64,000 nucleotides of DNA from contig NC_086097.1 in the NCBI RefSeq assembly GCF_963921235.1, positions 104,534,001 through 104,598,000 on the forward strand, in the 5' to 3' direction. Positions within the stretch are counted from its first letter, which is position 1. Each line of letters opens with the position of its first letter. A model generated the notes under the pieces. It ran no database searches and was not told where the DNA came from. It saw only the letters and a list, made by a program, of their open reading frames with translations. The DNA comes from Mobula hypostoma. Its lineage: Eukaryota. Both the position numbers and the translations under genes were made by a program. Shown here in pieces: positions 37,939 to 52,900 of the stretch.

Positions 37939-40900
37939 TGGTTTCATGCCACTGCAGTGTAAGACAAAAAAGTTGATTTCTCAGTGCATACAAACCTTTG
38001 ACAATACAAGTGGTATACATTTCAATTTTACACCAAAGTACTTACAGCAAACCAAATGGAAACACCTTAGGTTAACTTCCCACATGATTCTGAGATGTCT
38101 GAAAGTGGTTTCATGCCACTGCAGTGTAAGACAAAAAAGTTGATTTCTCAGTGCATACAAACCTTTGACAATACAAGTGGTATACATTTCAATTTTACAC
38201 CAAAGTACTTACAGCAAACCAAATGGAAACACCTTAGGTTAACTTCCCACATGATTCTGAGATGTCTGAAAGTGGTTTCATGCCACTGCAGTGTAAAACA
38301 AAAAAGTTGTTTTCTCAGTGCATGCAATGCTTTGACAGTACAAGTAGTATACATTTCAATTTTACACCAAAGTACTTACAGCAAACCAAATGGAAACACC
38401 TTAGGTTAACTTCCCACATGATTCTGAGATGTCTGAAAGTGGTTTCATGCCACTGCAGTGTAAGACAAAAAAGTTGATTTCTCAGTGCATACAAACCTTT
38501 GACAATGCAAGTGGTATACATTTCAATTTTACACCAAAGTACTTACAGCAAACCAAATGGAAACACCTTAGGTTAACTTCCCACATGATTCTGAGATGTC
38601 TGAAAGTGGTTTCATGCCACTGCAGTGTAAGACAAAAAAGTTGATTTCTCAGTGCATACAAACCTTTGACAATGCAAGTGGTATACATTTCAATTTTACA
38701 CCAAAGTACTTACAGCAAACCAAATGGAAACACCTTAGGTTAACTTCCCACATGATTCTGAGATGTCTGAAAGTGGTTTCATGCCACTGCAGTGTAAGAC
38801 AAAAAAGTTGTTTTCTCAGTGCATACAAACCTTTGACAATGCAAGTGGTATACATTTCAATTTTACACCAAAGTACTTACAGCAAACCAAATGGAAACAC
38901 CTTAGGTTAACTTCCCACATGATTCTGAGATGTCTGAAAGTGGTTTCATGCCACTGCAGTGTAAGACAAAAAAGTTGTTTTCTCTGTGCATACAAACCTT
39001 TGACAATACAAGTGGTATACATTTCAATTTTACACCAAAGTACTTACAGCAAACCAAATGGAAACACCTTAGGTTAACTTCCCACATGATTCTGAGATGT
39101 CTGAAAGTGGTTTCATGCCACTGCAGTGTAAGACAAAAAAGTTGTTTTCTCAGTGCATACAAACCTTTGACAATACAAGTGGTATACATTTCAATTTTAC
39201 ACCAAAGTACTTACAGCAAACCAAATGGAAACACCTTAGGTTAACTTCCCACATGATTCTGAGATGTCTGAAAGTGGTTTCATGCCACTGCAGTGTAAGA
39301 CAAAAAAGTTGATTTCTCAGTGCATACAAACCTTTGACAATGCAAGTGGTATACATTTCAATTTTACACCAAAGTACTTACAGCAAACCAAATGGAAACA
39401 CCTTATGTTAACTTCCCACATGATTCTGAGATGTCTGAAAGTGGTTTCATGCCACTGCAGTGTAAGACAAAAAAGTTGATTTCTCAGTGCATACAAACCT
39501 TTGACAATGCAAGTGGTATACATTTCAATTTTACACCAAAGTACTTACAGCAAACCAAATGGAAACACCTTAGGTTAACTTCCCACATGATTCTGAGATG
39601 TCTGAAAGTGGTTTCATGCCACTGCAGTGTAAGACAAAAAAGTTGTTTTCTCAGTGCATGCAATGCTTTGACAGTACAAGTAGTATACATTTCAATTTTA
39701 CACCAAAGTACTTACAGCAAACCAAATGGAAACACCTTAGGTTAACTTCCCACATGATTCTGAGATGTCTGAAAGTGGTTTCATGCCACTGCAGTGTAAG
39801 ACAAAAAAGTTGATTTCTCAGTGCATACAAACCTTTGACAATGCAAGTGGTATACATTTCAATTTTACACCAAAGTACTTACAGCAAACCAAATGGAAAC
39901 ACCTTAGGTTAACTTCCCACATGATTCTGAGATGTCTGAAAGTGGTTTCATGCCACTGCAGTGTAAGACAAAAAAGTTGATTTCTCAGTGCATACAAACC
40001 TTTGACAATGCAAGTGGTATACATTTCAATTTTACACCAAAGTACTTACAGCAAACCAAATTGAAACACCTTAGGTTAACTTCCCACATGATTCTGAGAT
40101 GTCTGAAAGTGGTTTCATGCCACTGCAGTGTAAGACAAAAAAGTTGATTTCTCAGTGCATACAAACCTTTGACAATGCAAGTGGTATACATTTCAATTTT
40201 ACACCAAAGTACTTACAGCAAACCAAATGGAAACACCTTAGGTTAACTTCCCACATGATTCTGAGATGTCTGAAAGTGGTTTCATGCCACTGCAGTGTAA
40301 GACAAAAAAGTTGTTTTCTCAGTGCATACAAACCTTTGACAATACAAGTGGTATACATTTCAATTTTACACCAAAGTACTTACAGCAAACCAAATGGAAA
40401 CACCTTAGGTTAACTTCCCACATGATTCTGAGATGTCTGAAAGTGGTTTCATGCCACTGCAGTGTAAGACAAAAAAGTTGTTTTCTCAGTGCATGCAATG
40501 CTTTGACAGTACAAGTAGTATACATTTCAATTTTACACCAAAGTACTTACAGCAAACCAAATGGAAACACCTTAGGTTAACTTCCCACATGATTCTGAGA
40601 TGTCTGAAAGTGGTTTCATGCCACTGCAGTGTAAGACAAAAAAGTTGATTTCTCAGTGCATACAAACCTTTGACAATGCAAGTGGTATACATTTCAATTT
40701 TACACCAAAGTACTTACAGCAAACCAAATGGAAACACCTTAGGTTAACTTTCCCACATGATTCTGAGATGTCTGAAAGTGGTTTCATGCCACTGCAGTGT
40801 AAGACAAAAAAGTTGATTTCTCAGTGCATACAAACCTTTGACAATACAAGTGGTATACATTTCAATTTTACACCAAAGTACTTACAGCAAACCAAATGGA

Positions 40901-43900
40901 AACACCTTAGGTTAACTTCCCACATGATTCTGAGATGTCTGAAAGTGGTTTCATGCCACTGCAGTGTAAGACAAAAAAGTTGATTTCTCAGTGCATACAA
41001 ACCTTTGACAATACAAGTGGTATACATTTCAATTTTACACCAAAGTACTTACAGCAAACCAAATGGAAACACCTTAGGTTAACTTCCCACATGATTCTGA
41101 GATGTCTGAAAGTGGTTTCATGCCACTGCAGTGTAAGACAAAAAAGTTGATTTCTCAGTGCATACAAACCTTTGACAATACAAGTGGTATACATTTCAAT
41201 TTTACACCAAAGTACTTACAGCAAACCAAATGGAAACACCTTAGGTTAACTTCCCACATGATTCTGAGATGTCTGAAAGTGGTTTCATGCCACTGCAGTG
41301 TAAGACAAAAAAGTTGATTTCTCAGTGCATACAAACCTTTGACAATGCAAGTGGTATACATTTCAATTTTACACCAAAGTACTTACAGCAAACCAAATGG
41401 AAACACCTTAGGTTAACTTCCCACATGATTCTGAGATGTCTGAAAGTGGTTTCATGCCACTGCAGTGTAAGACAAAAAAGTTGTTTTCTAAGTGCATACA
41501 ATGCTTTGACAATACAAGTGGTATACATTTCAATTTTACACCAAAGTACTTACAGCAAACCAAATGGAAACACCTTAGGTTAACTTCCCACATGATTCTG
41601 AGATGTCTGAAAGTGGTTTCATGCCACTGCAGTGTAAGACAAAAAAGTTGATTTCTCAGTGCATACAAACCTTTGACAATGCAAGTGGTATACATTTCAA
41701 TTTTACACCAAAGTACTTACAGCAAACCAAATGGAAACACCTTAGGTTAACTTCCCACATGATTCTGAGATGTCTGAAAGTGGTTTATGCCACTGCAGTG
41801 TAAGACAAAAAAGTTGTTTTCTCTGTGCATACAAACCTTTGACAATACAAGTGGTATACATTTCAATTTTACACCAAAGTACTTACAGCAAACCAAATGG
41901 AAACACCTTAGGTTAACTTCCCACATGATTCTGAGATGTCTGAAAGTGGTTTCATGCCACTGCAGTGTAAGACAAAAAAGTTGATTTCTCAGTGCATACA
42001 AACCTTTGACAATACAAGTGGTATACATTTCAATTTTACACCAAAGTACTTACAGCAAACCAAATGGAAACACCTTAGGTTAACTTCCCACATGATTCTG
42101 AGATGTCTGAAAGTGGTTTATGCCACTGCAGTGTAAGACAAAAAAGTAGATTTCTCAGTGCATACACACCTTTGACAATGCAACTGGTATACATTTCAAT
42201 TTTACACCAAAGTACTTACAAACCAAATGGAAACACCTTAGGTTAACTTCCCACATGATTCTGAGATGTCTGAAAGTGGTTATGCCACTGCAGTGTAAGA
42301 CAAAAAAGTTGTTTTCTCAGTGCATACAAACCTTTGACAATACAAGTGGTATACATTTCAATTTTACACCAAAGTACTTACAGCAAACCAAATGGAAACA
42401 CCTTAGGTTAACTTCCCACATGATTCTGAGATGTCTGAAAGTGGTTTCATGCCACTGCAGTGTAAGACAAAAAAGTTGATTTCTCAGTGCATACAAACCT
42501 TTGACAATACAAGTGGTATACATTTCAATTTTACACCAAAGTACTTACAGCAAACCAAATGGAAACACCTTAGGTTAACTTCCCACATGATTCTGAGATG
42601 TCTGAAAGTGGTTTCATGCCACTGCAGTGTAAGACAAAAAAGTTGTTTTCTCTGTGCATACAAACCTTTGACAATACAAGTGGTATACATTTCAATTTTA
42701 CACCAAAGTACTTACAGCAAACCAAATGGAAACACCTTAGGTTAACTTCCCACATGATTCTGAGATGTCTGAAAGTGGTTTCATGCCACTGCAGTGTAAG
42801 ACAAAAAAGTTGATTTCTCAGTGCATACAAACCTTTGACAATGCAAGTGGTATACATTTCAATTTTACACCAAAGTACTTACAGCAAACCAAATGGAAAC
42901 ACCTTAGGTTAACTTCCCACATGATTCTGAGATGTCTGAAAGTGGTTTCATGCCACTGCAGTGTAAGACAAAGAAGTTGATTTCTCAGTGCATACAAACC
43001 TTTGACAATGCAAGTTGTATACATTTCAATTGTACACCAAAGTACTTACAGCAAACCAAATGGAAACACCTTAGGTTAACTTCCCACATGATTCTGAGAT
43101 GTCTGAAAGTGGTTTCATGCCACTGCAGTGTAAGACAAAAAAGTTGTTTTCTCAGTGCATGCAATGCTTTGACAATACAAGTGGTATACATTTCAATTTT
43201 ACACCAAAGTACTTACAGCAAACCAAATGGAAACACCTTAGGTTAACATCCCGCATGATTCTGAGATGTCTGAAAGTGGTTTCATGCCACTGCAGTGTAA
43301 GACAAAAAAGTTGATTTCTCAGTGCATACAAACCTTTGACAATGCAAGTGGTATACATTTCAATTTTACACCAAAGTACTTACAGCAAACCAAATGGAAA
43401 CACCTTAGGTTAACTTCCCACATGATTCTGAGATGTCTGAAAGTGGTTTCATGCCACTGCAGTGTAAGACAAAAAAGTTGTTTTCTCTGTGCATACAAAC
43501 CTTTGACAATACAAGTGGTATACATTTCAATTTTACACCAAAGTACTTACAGCAAACCAAATGGAAACACCTTAGGTTAACTTCCCACATGATTCTGAGA
43601 TGTCTGAAAGTGGTTTCATGCCACTGCAGTGTAAGACAAAAAAGTTGTTTTCTCTGTGCATACAAACCTTTGACAATACAAGTGGTATACATTTCAATTT
43701 TACACCAAAGTACTTACAGCAAACCAAATGGAAACACCTTAGGTTAACTTCCCACATGATTCTGAGATGTCTGAAAGTGGTTTCATGCCACTGCAGTGTA
43801 AGACAAAAAAGTTGTTTTCTCAGTGCATGCAATGCTTTGACAATACAAGTAGTATACATTTCAATTTTTACACCAAAGTACTTACTGCAAACCAAATGGA

Positions 43901-46900
43901 AACACCTTAGTTATTTTTTAACTTCCCACATGATTCTGAGATGTCTGAAAGTGGTTTCATGCCACTGCAGTGTAAGACAAAAAAGTTGATTTCTCAGTGC
44001 ATACAAACCTTTGACAATACAAGTGGTATACATTTCAATTTTACACCAAAGTACTTACAGCAAACCAAATGGAAACACCTTAGGTTAACTTCCCACATGA
44101 TTCTGAGATGTCTGAAAGTGGTTTCATGCCACTGCAGTGTAAGACAAAAAAGTTGATTTCTCAGTGCATACAAACCTTTGACAATGCAAGTGGTATACAT
44201 TTCAATTTTACACCAAAGTACTTACAGCAAACCAAATGGAAACACCTTAGGTTAACTTCCCACATGATTCTGAGATGTCTGAAAGTGGTTTCATGCCACT
44301 GCAGTGTAAGACAAAAAAGTTGTTTTCTCAGTGCATGCAATGCTTTGACAATACAAGAGGTATACATTTCAATTTTACACCAAAGTACTTACAGCAAACC
44401 AAATGGAAACACCTTAGGTTAACTTCCCACATGATTCTGAGATGTCTGAAAGTGGTTTCATGCCACTGCAGTGTAAGACAAAAAAGTTGATTTCTCAGTG
44501 CATACAATGCTTTGACAATACAAGTGGTATACATTTCAATTTTACACCAAAGTACTTACAGCAAACCAAATGGAAACACCTTAGGTTAACTTCCCACATG
44601 ATTCTGAGATGTCTGAAAGTGGTTTCATGCCACTGCAGTGTAAGACAAAAAAGTTGATTTCTCAGTGCATACAAACCTTTGACAATGCAAGTGGTATACA
44701 TTTCAATTTTACACCAAAGTACTTACAGCAAACCAAATGGAAACACCTTAGGTTAACTTCCCACATGATTCTGAGATGTCTGAAAGTGGTTTCATGCCAC
44801 TGCAGTGTAAGACAAAAAAGTTGTTTTCTCAGTGCATGCAATGCTTTGACAATACAAGTGGTATACATTTCAATTTTACACCAAAGTACTTACAGCAAAC
44901 CAAATGGAAACACCTTAGGTTAACTTCCCACATGATTCTGAGATGTCTGAAAGTGGTTTCATGCCACTGCAGTGTAAGACAAAAAAGTTGTTTTCTCTGT
45001 GCATACAAACCTTTGATAATACAAGTGGTATACATTTCAATTTTACACCAAAGTACTTACAGCAAACCAAATGGAAACACCTTAGGTTAACTTCCCACAT
45101 GATTCTGAGATGTCTGAAAGTGGTTTCATGCCACTGCAGTGTAAGACAAAAAAGTTGTTTTCTCTGTGCATACAAACCTTTGACAATACAAGTGGTAAAC
45201 ATTTCAATTTTACACCAAAGTACTTACAGCAAACCAAATGGAAACACCTTAGGTTAACTTCCCACATGATTCTGAGATGTCTGAAAGTGGTTTCATGCCA
45301 CTGCAGTGTAAGACAAAAAAGTTGATTTCTCAGTGCATACAAACCTTTGACAATGCAAGTGGTATACATTTCAATTTTACACCAAAGTACTTACAGCAAA
45401 CCAAATGGAAACACCTTAGGTTAACTTCCCACATGATTCTGAGATGTCTGAAAGTGGTTTCATGCCACTGCAGTGTAAGACAAAAAAGTTGTTTTCTCTG
45501 TGCATACAAACCTTTGACAATACAAGTGGTATACATTTCAATTTTACACCAAAGTACTTACAGCAAACCAAATGGAAACACCTTAGGTTAACTTCCCACA
45601 TGATTCTGAGATGTCTGAAAGTGGTTTCATGCCACTGCAGTGTAAGACAAAAAAGTTGTTTTCTCAGTGCATACAAACCTTTGACAATACAAGTGGTATA
45701 CATTTCAATTTTACACCAAAGTACTTACAGCAAACCAAATGGAAACACCTTAGGTTAACTTCCCACATGATTCTGAGATGTCTGAAAGTGGTTTCATGCC
45801 ACTGCAGTGTTAGACAAAAAAGTTGTTTTCTCAGTGCATTCATTGCTTTGACAATGCAAGTGGTATACATTTCAATTTTACACCAAAGTACTTACAGCAA
45901 ACCAAATGGAAACACCTTAGGTTAACTTCCCACATGATTCTGAGATGTCTGAAAGTGGTTTCATGCCACTGCAGTGTAAGACAAAAAAGTTGATTTCTCA
46001 GTGCATACAAACCTTTGACAATACAAGTGGTATACATTTCAATTTTACACCAAAGTACTTACAGCAAACCAAATGGAAACACCTTAGGTTAACTTCCCAC
46101 ATGATTCTGAGATGTCTGAAAGTGGTTTCATGCCACTGCAGTGTAAGACAAAAAAGTTGTTTTCTCTGTGCATACAAACCTTTGACAATACAAGTGGTAT
46201 ACATTTCAATTTTACACCAAAGTACTTACAGCAAACCAAATGGAAACACCTTAGGTTAACTTCCCACATGATTCTGAGATGTCTGAAAGTGGTTTCATGC
46301 CACTGCAGTGTAAGACAAAAAAGTTGTTTTCACAGTGCATGCAATGCTTTGACAATGCAAGTGGTATACATTTCAATTTTACACCAAAGTACTTACAGCA
46401 AACCAAATGGAAACACCTTAGGTTAACTTCCCACATGATTCTGAGATGTCTGAAAGTGGTTTCATGCCACTGCAGTGTAAGACAAAAAAGTTGATTTCTC
46501 AGTGCATACAAACCTTTGACAATGCAAGTGGTATACATTTCAATTTTACACCAAAGTACTTACAGCAAACCAAATGGAAACACCTTAGGTTAACTTCCCA
46601 CATGATTCTGAGATGTCTGAAAGTGGTTTCATGCCACTGCAGTGTAAGACAAAAAAGTTGATTTCTCAGTGCATACAAACCTTTGACAATGCAAGTGGTA
46701 TACATTTCAATTTTACACCAAAGTACTTACAGGAAACCAAATGGAAACACCTTAGGTTAACTTCCCACATGATTCTGAGATGTCTGAAAGTGGTTTCATG
46801 CCACTGCAGTGTAAGACAAAAAAGTTGTTTTCTCAGTGCATGCAATGCTTTGACAATACAAGTGGTATACATTTCAATTTTACACCAAAGTACTTACAGC

Positions 46901-49900
46901 AAACCAAATGGAAACACCTTAGGTTAACTTCCCACATGATTCTGAGATGTCTGAAAGTGGTTTCATGCCACTGCAGTGTAAGACAAAAAAGTTGATTTCT
47001 CAGTGCATACAAACCTTTGACAATACAAGTGGTATACATTTCAATTTTACACCAAAGTACTTACAGCAAACCAAATGGAAACACCTTAGGTTAACTTCCC
47101 ACATGATTCTGAGATGTCTGAAAGTGGTTTATGCCACTGCAGTGTAAGACAAAAAAGTTGTTTTCTCTGTGCATACAAACCTTTGACAATACAAGTGGTA
47201 TACATTTCAATTTTACACCAAAGTACTTACAGCAAACCAAATGGAAACACCTTAGGTTAACTTCCCACATGATTCTGAGATGTCTGAATGTGGTTTCATG
47301 CCACTGCAGTGTAAGACAAAAAAGTTGATTTCTCAGTGCATACAAACCTTTGACAATACAAGTGGTATACATTTCAATTTTACACCAAAGTACTTACAGC
47401 AAACCAAATGGAAACACCTTAGGTTAACTTCCCACATGATTCTGAGATGTCTGAAAGTGGTTTCATGCCACTGCAGTGTAAGACAAAAAAGTTGTTTTCT
47501 CAGTGCATGCAATGCTTTGACAATACAAGTAGTATACATTTCAATTTTACACCAAAGTACTTACAGCAAACCAAATGGAAACACCTTAGGTTAACTTCCC
47601 ACATGATTCTGAGATGTCTGAAAGTGGTTTCATGCCACTGCAGTGTAAGACAAAAAAGTTGATTTCTCAGTGCATACAAACCTTTGACAATACAAGTGGT
47701 ATACATTTCAATTTTACACCAAAGTACTTACAGCAAACCAAATGGAAACACCTTAGGTTAACTTCCCACATGATTCTGAGATGTCTGAAAGTGGTTTCAT
47801 GCCACTGCAGTGTAAGACAAAAAAGTTGATTTCTCAGTGCATACAAAGCTTTGACAATACAAGTGGTATACATTTCAATTTTACACCAAAGTACTTACAG
47901 CAAACCAAATGGAAACACCTTAGGTTAACTTCCCACATGATTCTGAGATGTCTGAAAGTGGTTTCATGCCACTGCAGTGTAAGACAAAAAAGTTGTTTTC
48001 TCAGTGCATGCAATGCTTTGACAATACAAGTGGTATACATTTCAATTTTACACCAAAGTACATACAGCAAACCAAATGGAAACACCTTAGGTTAACTTCC
48101 CACATGATTCTGAGATGTCTGAAAGTGGTTTCATGCCACTGCAGTGTAAGACAAAAAAGTTGTTTTCTCTGTGCATACAAACCTTTGACAATACAAGTGG
48201 TATACATTTCAATTTTACACCAAAGTACTTACAGCAAACCAAATGGAAACACCTTAGGTTAACTTCCCACATGATTCTGAGATGTCTGAAAGTGGTTTCA
48301 TGCCACTGCAGTGTAAGACAAAAAAGTTGTTTTCTCAGTGCATGCAATGCTTTGACAATACAAGTAGTATACATTTCAATTTTACACCAAAGTACTTACA
48401 GCAAACCTAATGGAAACACCTTAGGTTAACTTCCCACATGATTCTGAGATGTCTGAAAGTGGTTTCATGCCACTGCAGTGTAAGACAAAAAAGTTGATTT
48501 CTCAGTGCATACAAACCTTTGACAATACAAGTGGTATACATTTCAATTTTACACCAAAGTACTTACAGCAAACCTAATGGAAACACCTTAGGTTAACTTC
48601 CCACATGATTCTGAGATGTCTGAAAGTGGTTTCATGCCACTGCAGTGTAAGACAAAAAAGTTGTTTTCTCAGTGCATACAATGCTTTGACAATACAAGTG
48701 GTATACATTTCAATTTTACACCAAAGTACTTACAGCAAACCAAATGGAAACACCTTAGGTTAACTTCCCACATGATTCTGAGATGTCTGAAAGTGGTTTC
48801 ATGCCACTGCAGTGTAAGACAAAAAAGTTGATTTCTCAGTGCATACAAACCTTTGACAATATAAGTGGTATACATTTCAATTTTACACCAAAGTACTTAC
48901 AGCAAACCTAATGGAAACACCTTAGGTTAACTTCCCACATGATTCTGAGATGTCTGAAAGTGGTTTATGCCACTGCAGTGTAAGAGAAAAAAGTTGTTTT
49001 CTCTGTGCATACAAACCTTTGACAATACAAGTGGTATACATTTCAATTTTACACCAAAGTACTTACAGCAAACCTAATGGAAACACCTTAGGTTAACTTC
49101 CCACATGATTCTGAGATGTCTGAAAGTGGTTTCATGCCACTGCAGTGTAAGACAAAAAAGTTGATTTCTCAGTGCATACAAACCTTTGACAATACAAGTG
49201 GTATACATTTCAATTTTACACCAAAGTACTTACAGCAAACCAAATGGAAACACCTTAGGTTAACTTCCCACATGATTCTGAGATGTCTGAAAGTGGTTTC
49301 ATGCCACTGCAGTGTAAGACAAAAAAGTTGTTTTCTCTGTGCATACAAACCTTTGACAATACAAGTGGTATACATTTCAATTTTACACCAAAGTACTTAC
49401 AGCAAACCAAATGGAAACACCTTAGGTTAACTTCCCACATGATTCTGAGATGTCTGAAAGTGGTTTCATGCCACTGCAGTGTAAGACAAAAAAGTTGATT
49501 TCTCAGTGCATACAAACCTTTGACAATACAAGTGGTATACATTTCAATTTTACACCAAAGTACTTACAGCAAACCAAATGGAAACACCTTAGGTTAACTT
49601 CCCACATGATTCTGAGATGTCTGAAAGTGGTTTCATGCCACTGCAGTGTAAGACAAAAAAGTTGTTTTCTCAGTGCATGCAATGCTTTGACAATACAAGT
49701 AGTATACATTTCAATTTTACACCAAAGTACTTACAGCAAACCAAATGGAAACACCTTAGGTTAACTTCCCACATGATTCTGAGATGTCTGAAAGTGGTTT
49801 CATGCCACTGCAGTGTAAGACAAAAAAGTTGATTTCTCAGTGCATACAAACCTTTGACAATACAAGTGGTATACATTTCAATTTTACACCAAAGTACTTA

Positions 49901-52900
49901 CAGCAAACCTAATGGAAACACCTTAGGTTAACTTCCCACATGATTCTGAGATGTCTGAAAGTGGTTTCATGCCACTGCAGTGTAAGACAAAAAAGTTGAT
50001 TTCTCAGTGCATACAAACCTTTGACAATACAAGTGGTATACATTTCAATTTTACACCAAAGTACTTACAGCAAACCAAATGGAAACACCTTAGGTTAACT
50101 TCCCACATGATTCTGAGATGTCTGAAAGTGGTTTCATGCCACTGCAGTGTAAGACAAAAAAGTTGATTTCTCAGTGCATACAAACCTTTGACAATACAAG
50201 TGGTATACATTTCAATTTTACACCAAAGTACTTACTGCAAACCTAATGGAAACACCTTAGGTTAACTTCCCACATGATTCTGAGATGTCTGAAAGTGGTT
50301 TCATGCCACTGCAGTGTAAGACAAAAAAGTTGTTTTCTCAGTGCATACAATGCTTTGACAATACAAGTGGTATACATTTCAATTTTACACCAAAGTACTT
50401 ACAGCAAACCAAATGGAAACACCTTAGGTTAAGTTCCCACATGATTCTGAGATGTCTGAAAGTGGTTTCATGCCACTGCAGTGTAAGACAAAAAAGTTGA
50501 TTTCTCAGTGCATACAAACCTTTGACAATTCAAGTGGTATACATTTCAATTTTACACCAAAGTACTTACAGCAAACCAAATGGAAACACCTTGAGGTTAA
50601 CTTCCCACATGATTCTGAGATGTCTGAAAGTGGTTTCATGCCACTGCAGTGTAAGACAAAAAAGTTGTTTTCTCAGTGCATACAATGCTTTGACAATCAA
50701 GTGGTATACATTTCAATTTTACACCAAAGTACATACAGCAAACCAAATGGAAACACCTTAGGTTAACTTCCCACATGATTCTGAGATGTCTGAAAGTGGT
50801 TTCTGCCACTGCAGTGTAAGACAAAAAAGTTGTTTTCTCAGTGCATGCAATGCTTTGACAATACAAGTAGTATACATTTCAATTTTACACCAAAGTACTT
50901 ACTGCAAACCTAATGGAAACACCTTAGGTTAACTTCCCACATGATTCTGAGATGTCTGAAAGTGGTTTCATGCCACTGCAGTGTAAGACAAAAAAGTTGT
51001 TTTCTCTGTGCATACAAACCTTTGACAATACAAGTGGTATACATTTCAATTTTACACCAAAGTACTTACAAACCTATGGAAACACCTTAGGTTAACTTCC
51101 CACATGATTCTGAGATGTCTGAAAGTGGTTTCATGCCACTGCAGTGTAAGACAAAAAAGTTGTTTTCTCTGTGCATACAAACCTTTGACAATACAAGTGG
51201 TATACATTTCAATTTTACACCAAAGTACTTACAGCAAACCTAATGGAAACACCTTAGGTTAACTTCCCACATGATTCTGAGATGTCTGAAAGTGGTTTCA
51301 TGCCACTGCAGTGTAAGACAAAAAAGTTGTTTTCTCTGTGCATACAAACCTTTGACAATACAAGTGGTATACATTTCAATTTTACATCAAAGTACTTACA
51401 GCAAACCAAATGGAAACACCTTAGGTTAACTTCCCACATGATTCTGAGATGTCTGAAAGTGGTTTCATGCCACTGCAGTGTAAGACAAAAAAGTTGTTTT
51501 CTCTGTGCATACAAACCTTTGACAATACAAGTGGTATACATTTCAATTTTACACCAAAGTACTTACAGCAAACCAAATGGAAACACCTTAGGTTAACTTC
51601 CCACATGATTCTGAGATGTCTGAAAGTGGTTTCATGCCACTGCAGTGTAAGACAAAAAAGTTGTTTTCTCTGTGCATACAAACCTTTGACAATACAAGTG
51701 GTATACATTTCAATTTTACACCAAAGTACTTACAGCAAACTGTAATGGAAACACCTTAGGTTAACTTCCCACATGATTCTGAGATGTCTGAAAGTGGTTT
51801 CATGCCACTGCAGTGTAAGACAAAAAAGTTGTTTTCTCTGTGCATACAAACCTTTGACAATACAAGTGGTATACATTTCAATTTTACACCAAAGTACTTA
51901 CAGCAAACCAAATGGAAACACCTTAGGTTAACTTCCCACATGATTCTGAGATGTCTGAAAGTGGTTTCATGCCACTGCAGTGTAAGACAAAAAAGTTGTT
52001 TTCTCTGTGCATACAAACCTTTGACAATACAAGTGGTATACATTTCAATTTTACCACCAAAGTACTTACTGCAAACCTAATGGAAACACCTTAGGTTAAC
52101 TTCCCACATGATTCTGAGATGTCTGAAAGTGGTTTATGCCACTGCAGTGTAAGACAAAAAAGTTGATTTCTCAGTGCATACAAACCTTTGACAATACAAG
52201 TGGTATACATTTCAATTTTACACCAAAGTACTTACAGCAAACCAAATGGAAACACCTTAGGTTAACTTCCCACATGATTCTGAGATGTCTGAAAGTGGTT
52301 TCATGCCACTGCAGTGTAAGACAAAAAAGTTGTTTTCTCTGTGCATACAAACCTTTGACAATACAAGTGGTATACATTTCAATTTTACACCAAAGTACTT
52401 ACAGCAAACCAAATGGAAACACCTTAGGTTAACTTCCCACATGATTCTGAGATGTCTGAAAGTGGATTCATGCCACTGCAGTGTAAGACAAAAAAGTTGT
52501 TTTCACAGTGCATGCAATGCTTTGACAATGCAAGTGGTATACATTTCAATTTTACACCAAAGTACTTACAGCAAACCAAATGGAAACACCTTAGGTTAAC
52601 TTCCCACATGATTCTGAGATGTCTGAAAGTGGTTTCATGCCACTGCAGTGTAAGACAAAACAGTTGATTTCTCAGTGCATACAAAACCTTTTTTGACAAT
52701 ACAAGTGGTATACATTTCAATTTTACACCAAAGTACTTACAGCAAACCAAATGGAAACACCTTAGGTTAACTTCCCACATGATTCTGAGATGTCTGAAAG
52801 TGGTTTCATGCCACTGCAGTGTAAGACAAAAAAGTTGTTTTCTCAGTGCATACAATGCTTTGACAATACAAGTGGTATACATTTCAATTTTACACCAAAG

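Noticed and set aside
1253..37947. Long minus-strand ORFs (up to 3514 aa) as protein-coding genes
   Set aside because: All three frames give the same cyclic peptide. Starts and stops are sporadic monomer variants, and there is no unique domain or terminus. Kept only as a low-probability finding, not as a CDS.
38066..38077. Telomere-like TTAGG in CCTTAGGTTAAC
   Set aside because: A single 5-mer per 167 bp and not tandem; expected by chance.
37700..38105. Common origin of the 49-bp and 167-bp satellites (shared GCAGTG)
   Set aside because: Only a 6-bp match; composition and the rest of the sequence are unrelated.
35459..38143. ORFs spanning the N run
   Set aside because: Artefacts of translating through the assembly gap.
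46331..46370. V(D)J recombination signal (CACAGTG heptamer in variant monomers at ~46331, 52504, 58854, 60190; ACAAAAAAG nonamer-like)
   Set aside because: The heptamer is a rare single-base variant. No nonamer follows at 12 or 23 bp, and the A-rich motif lies on the wrong side.
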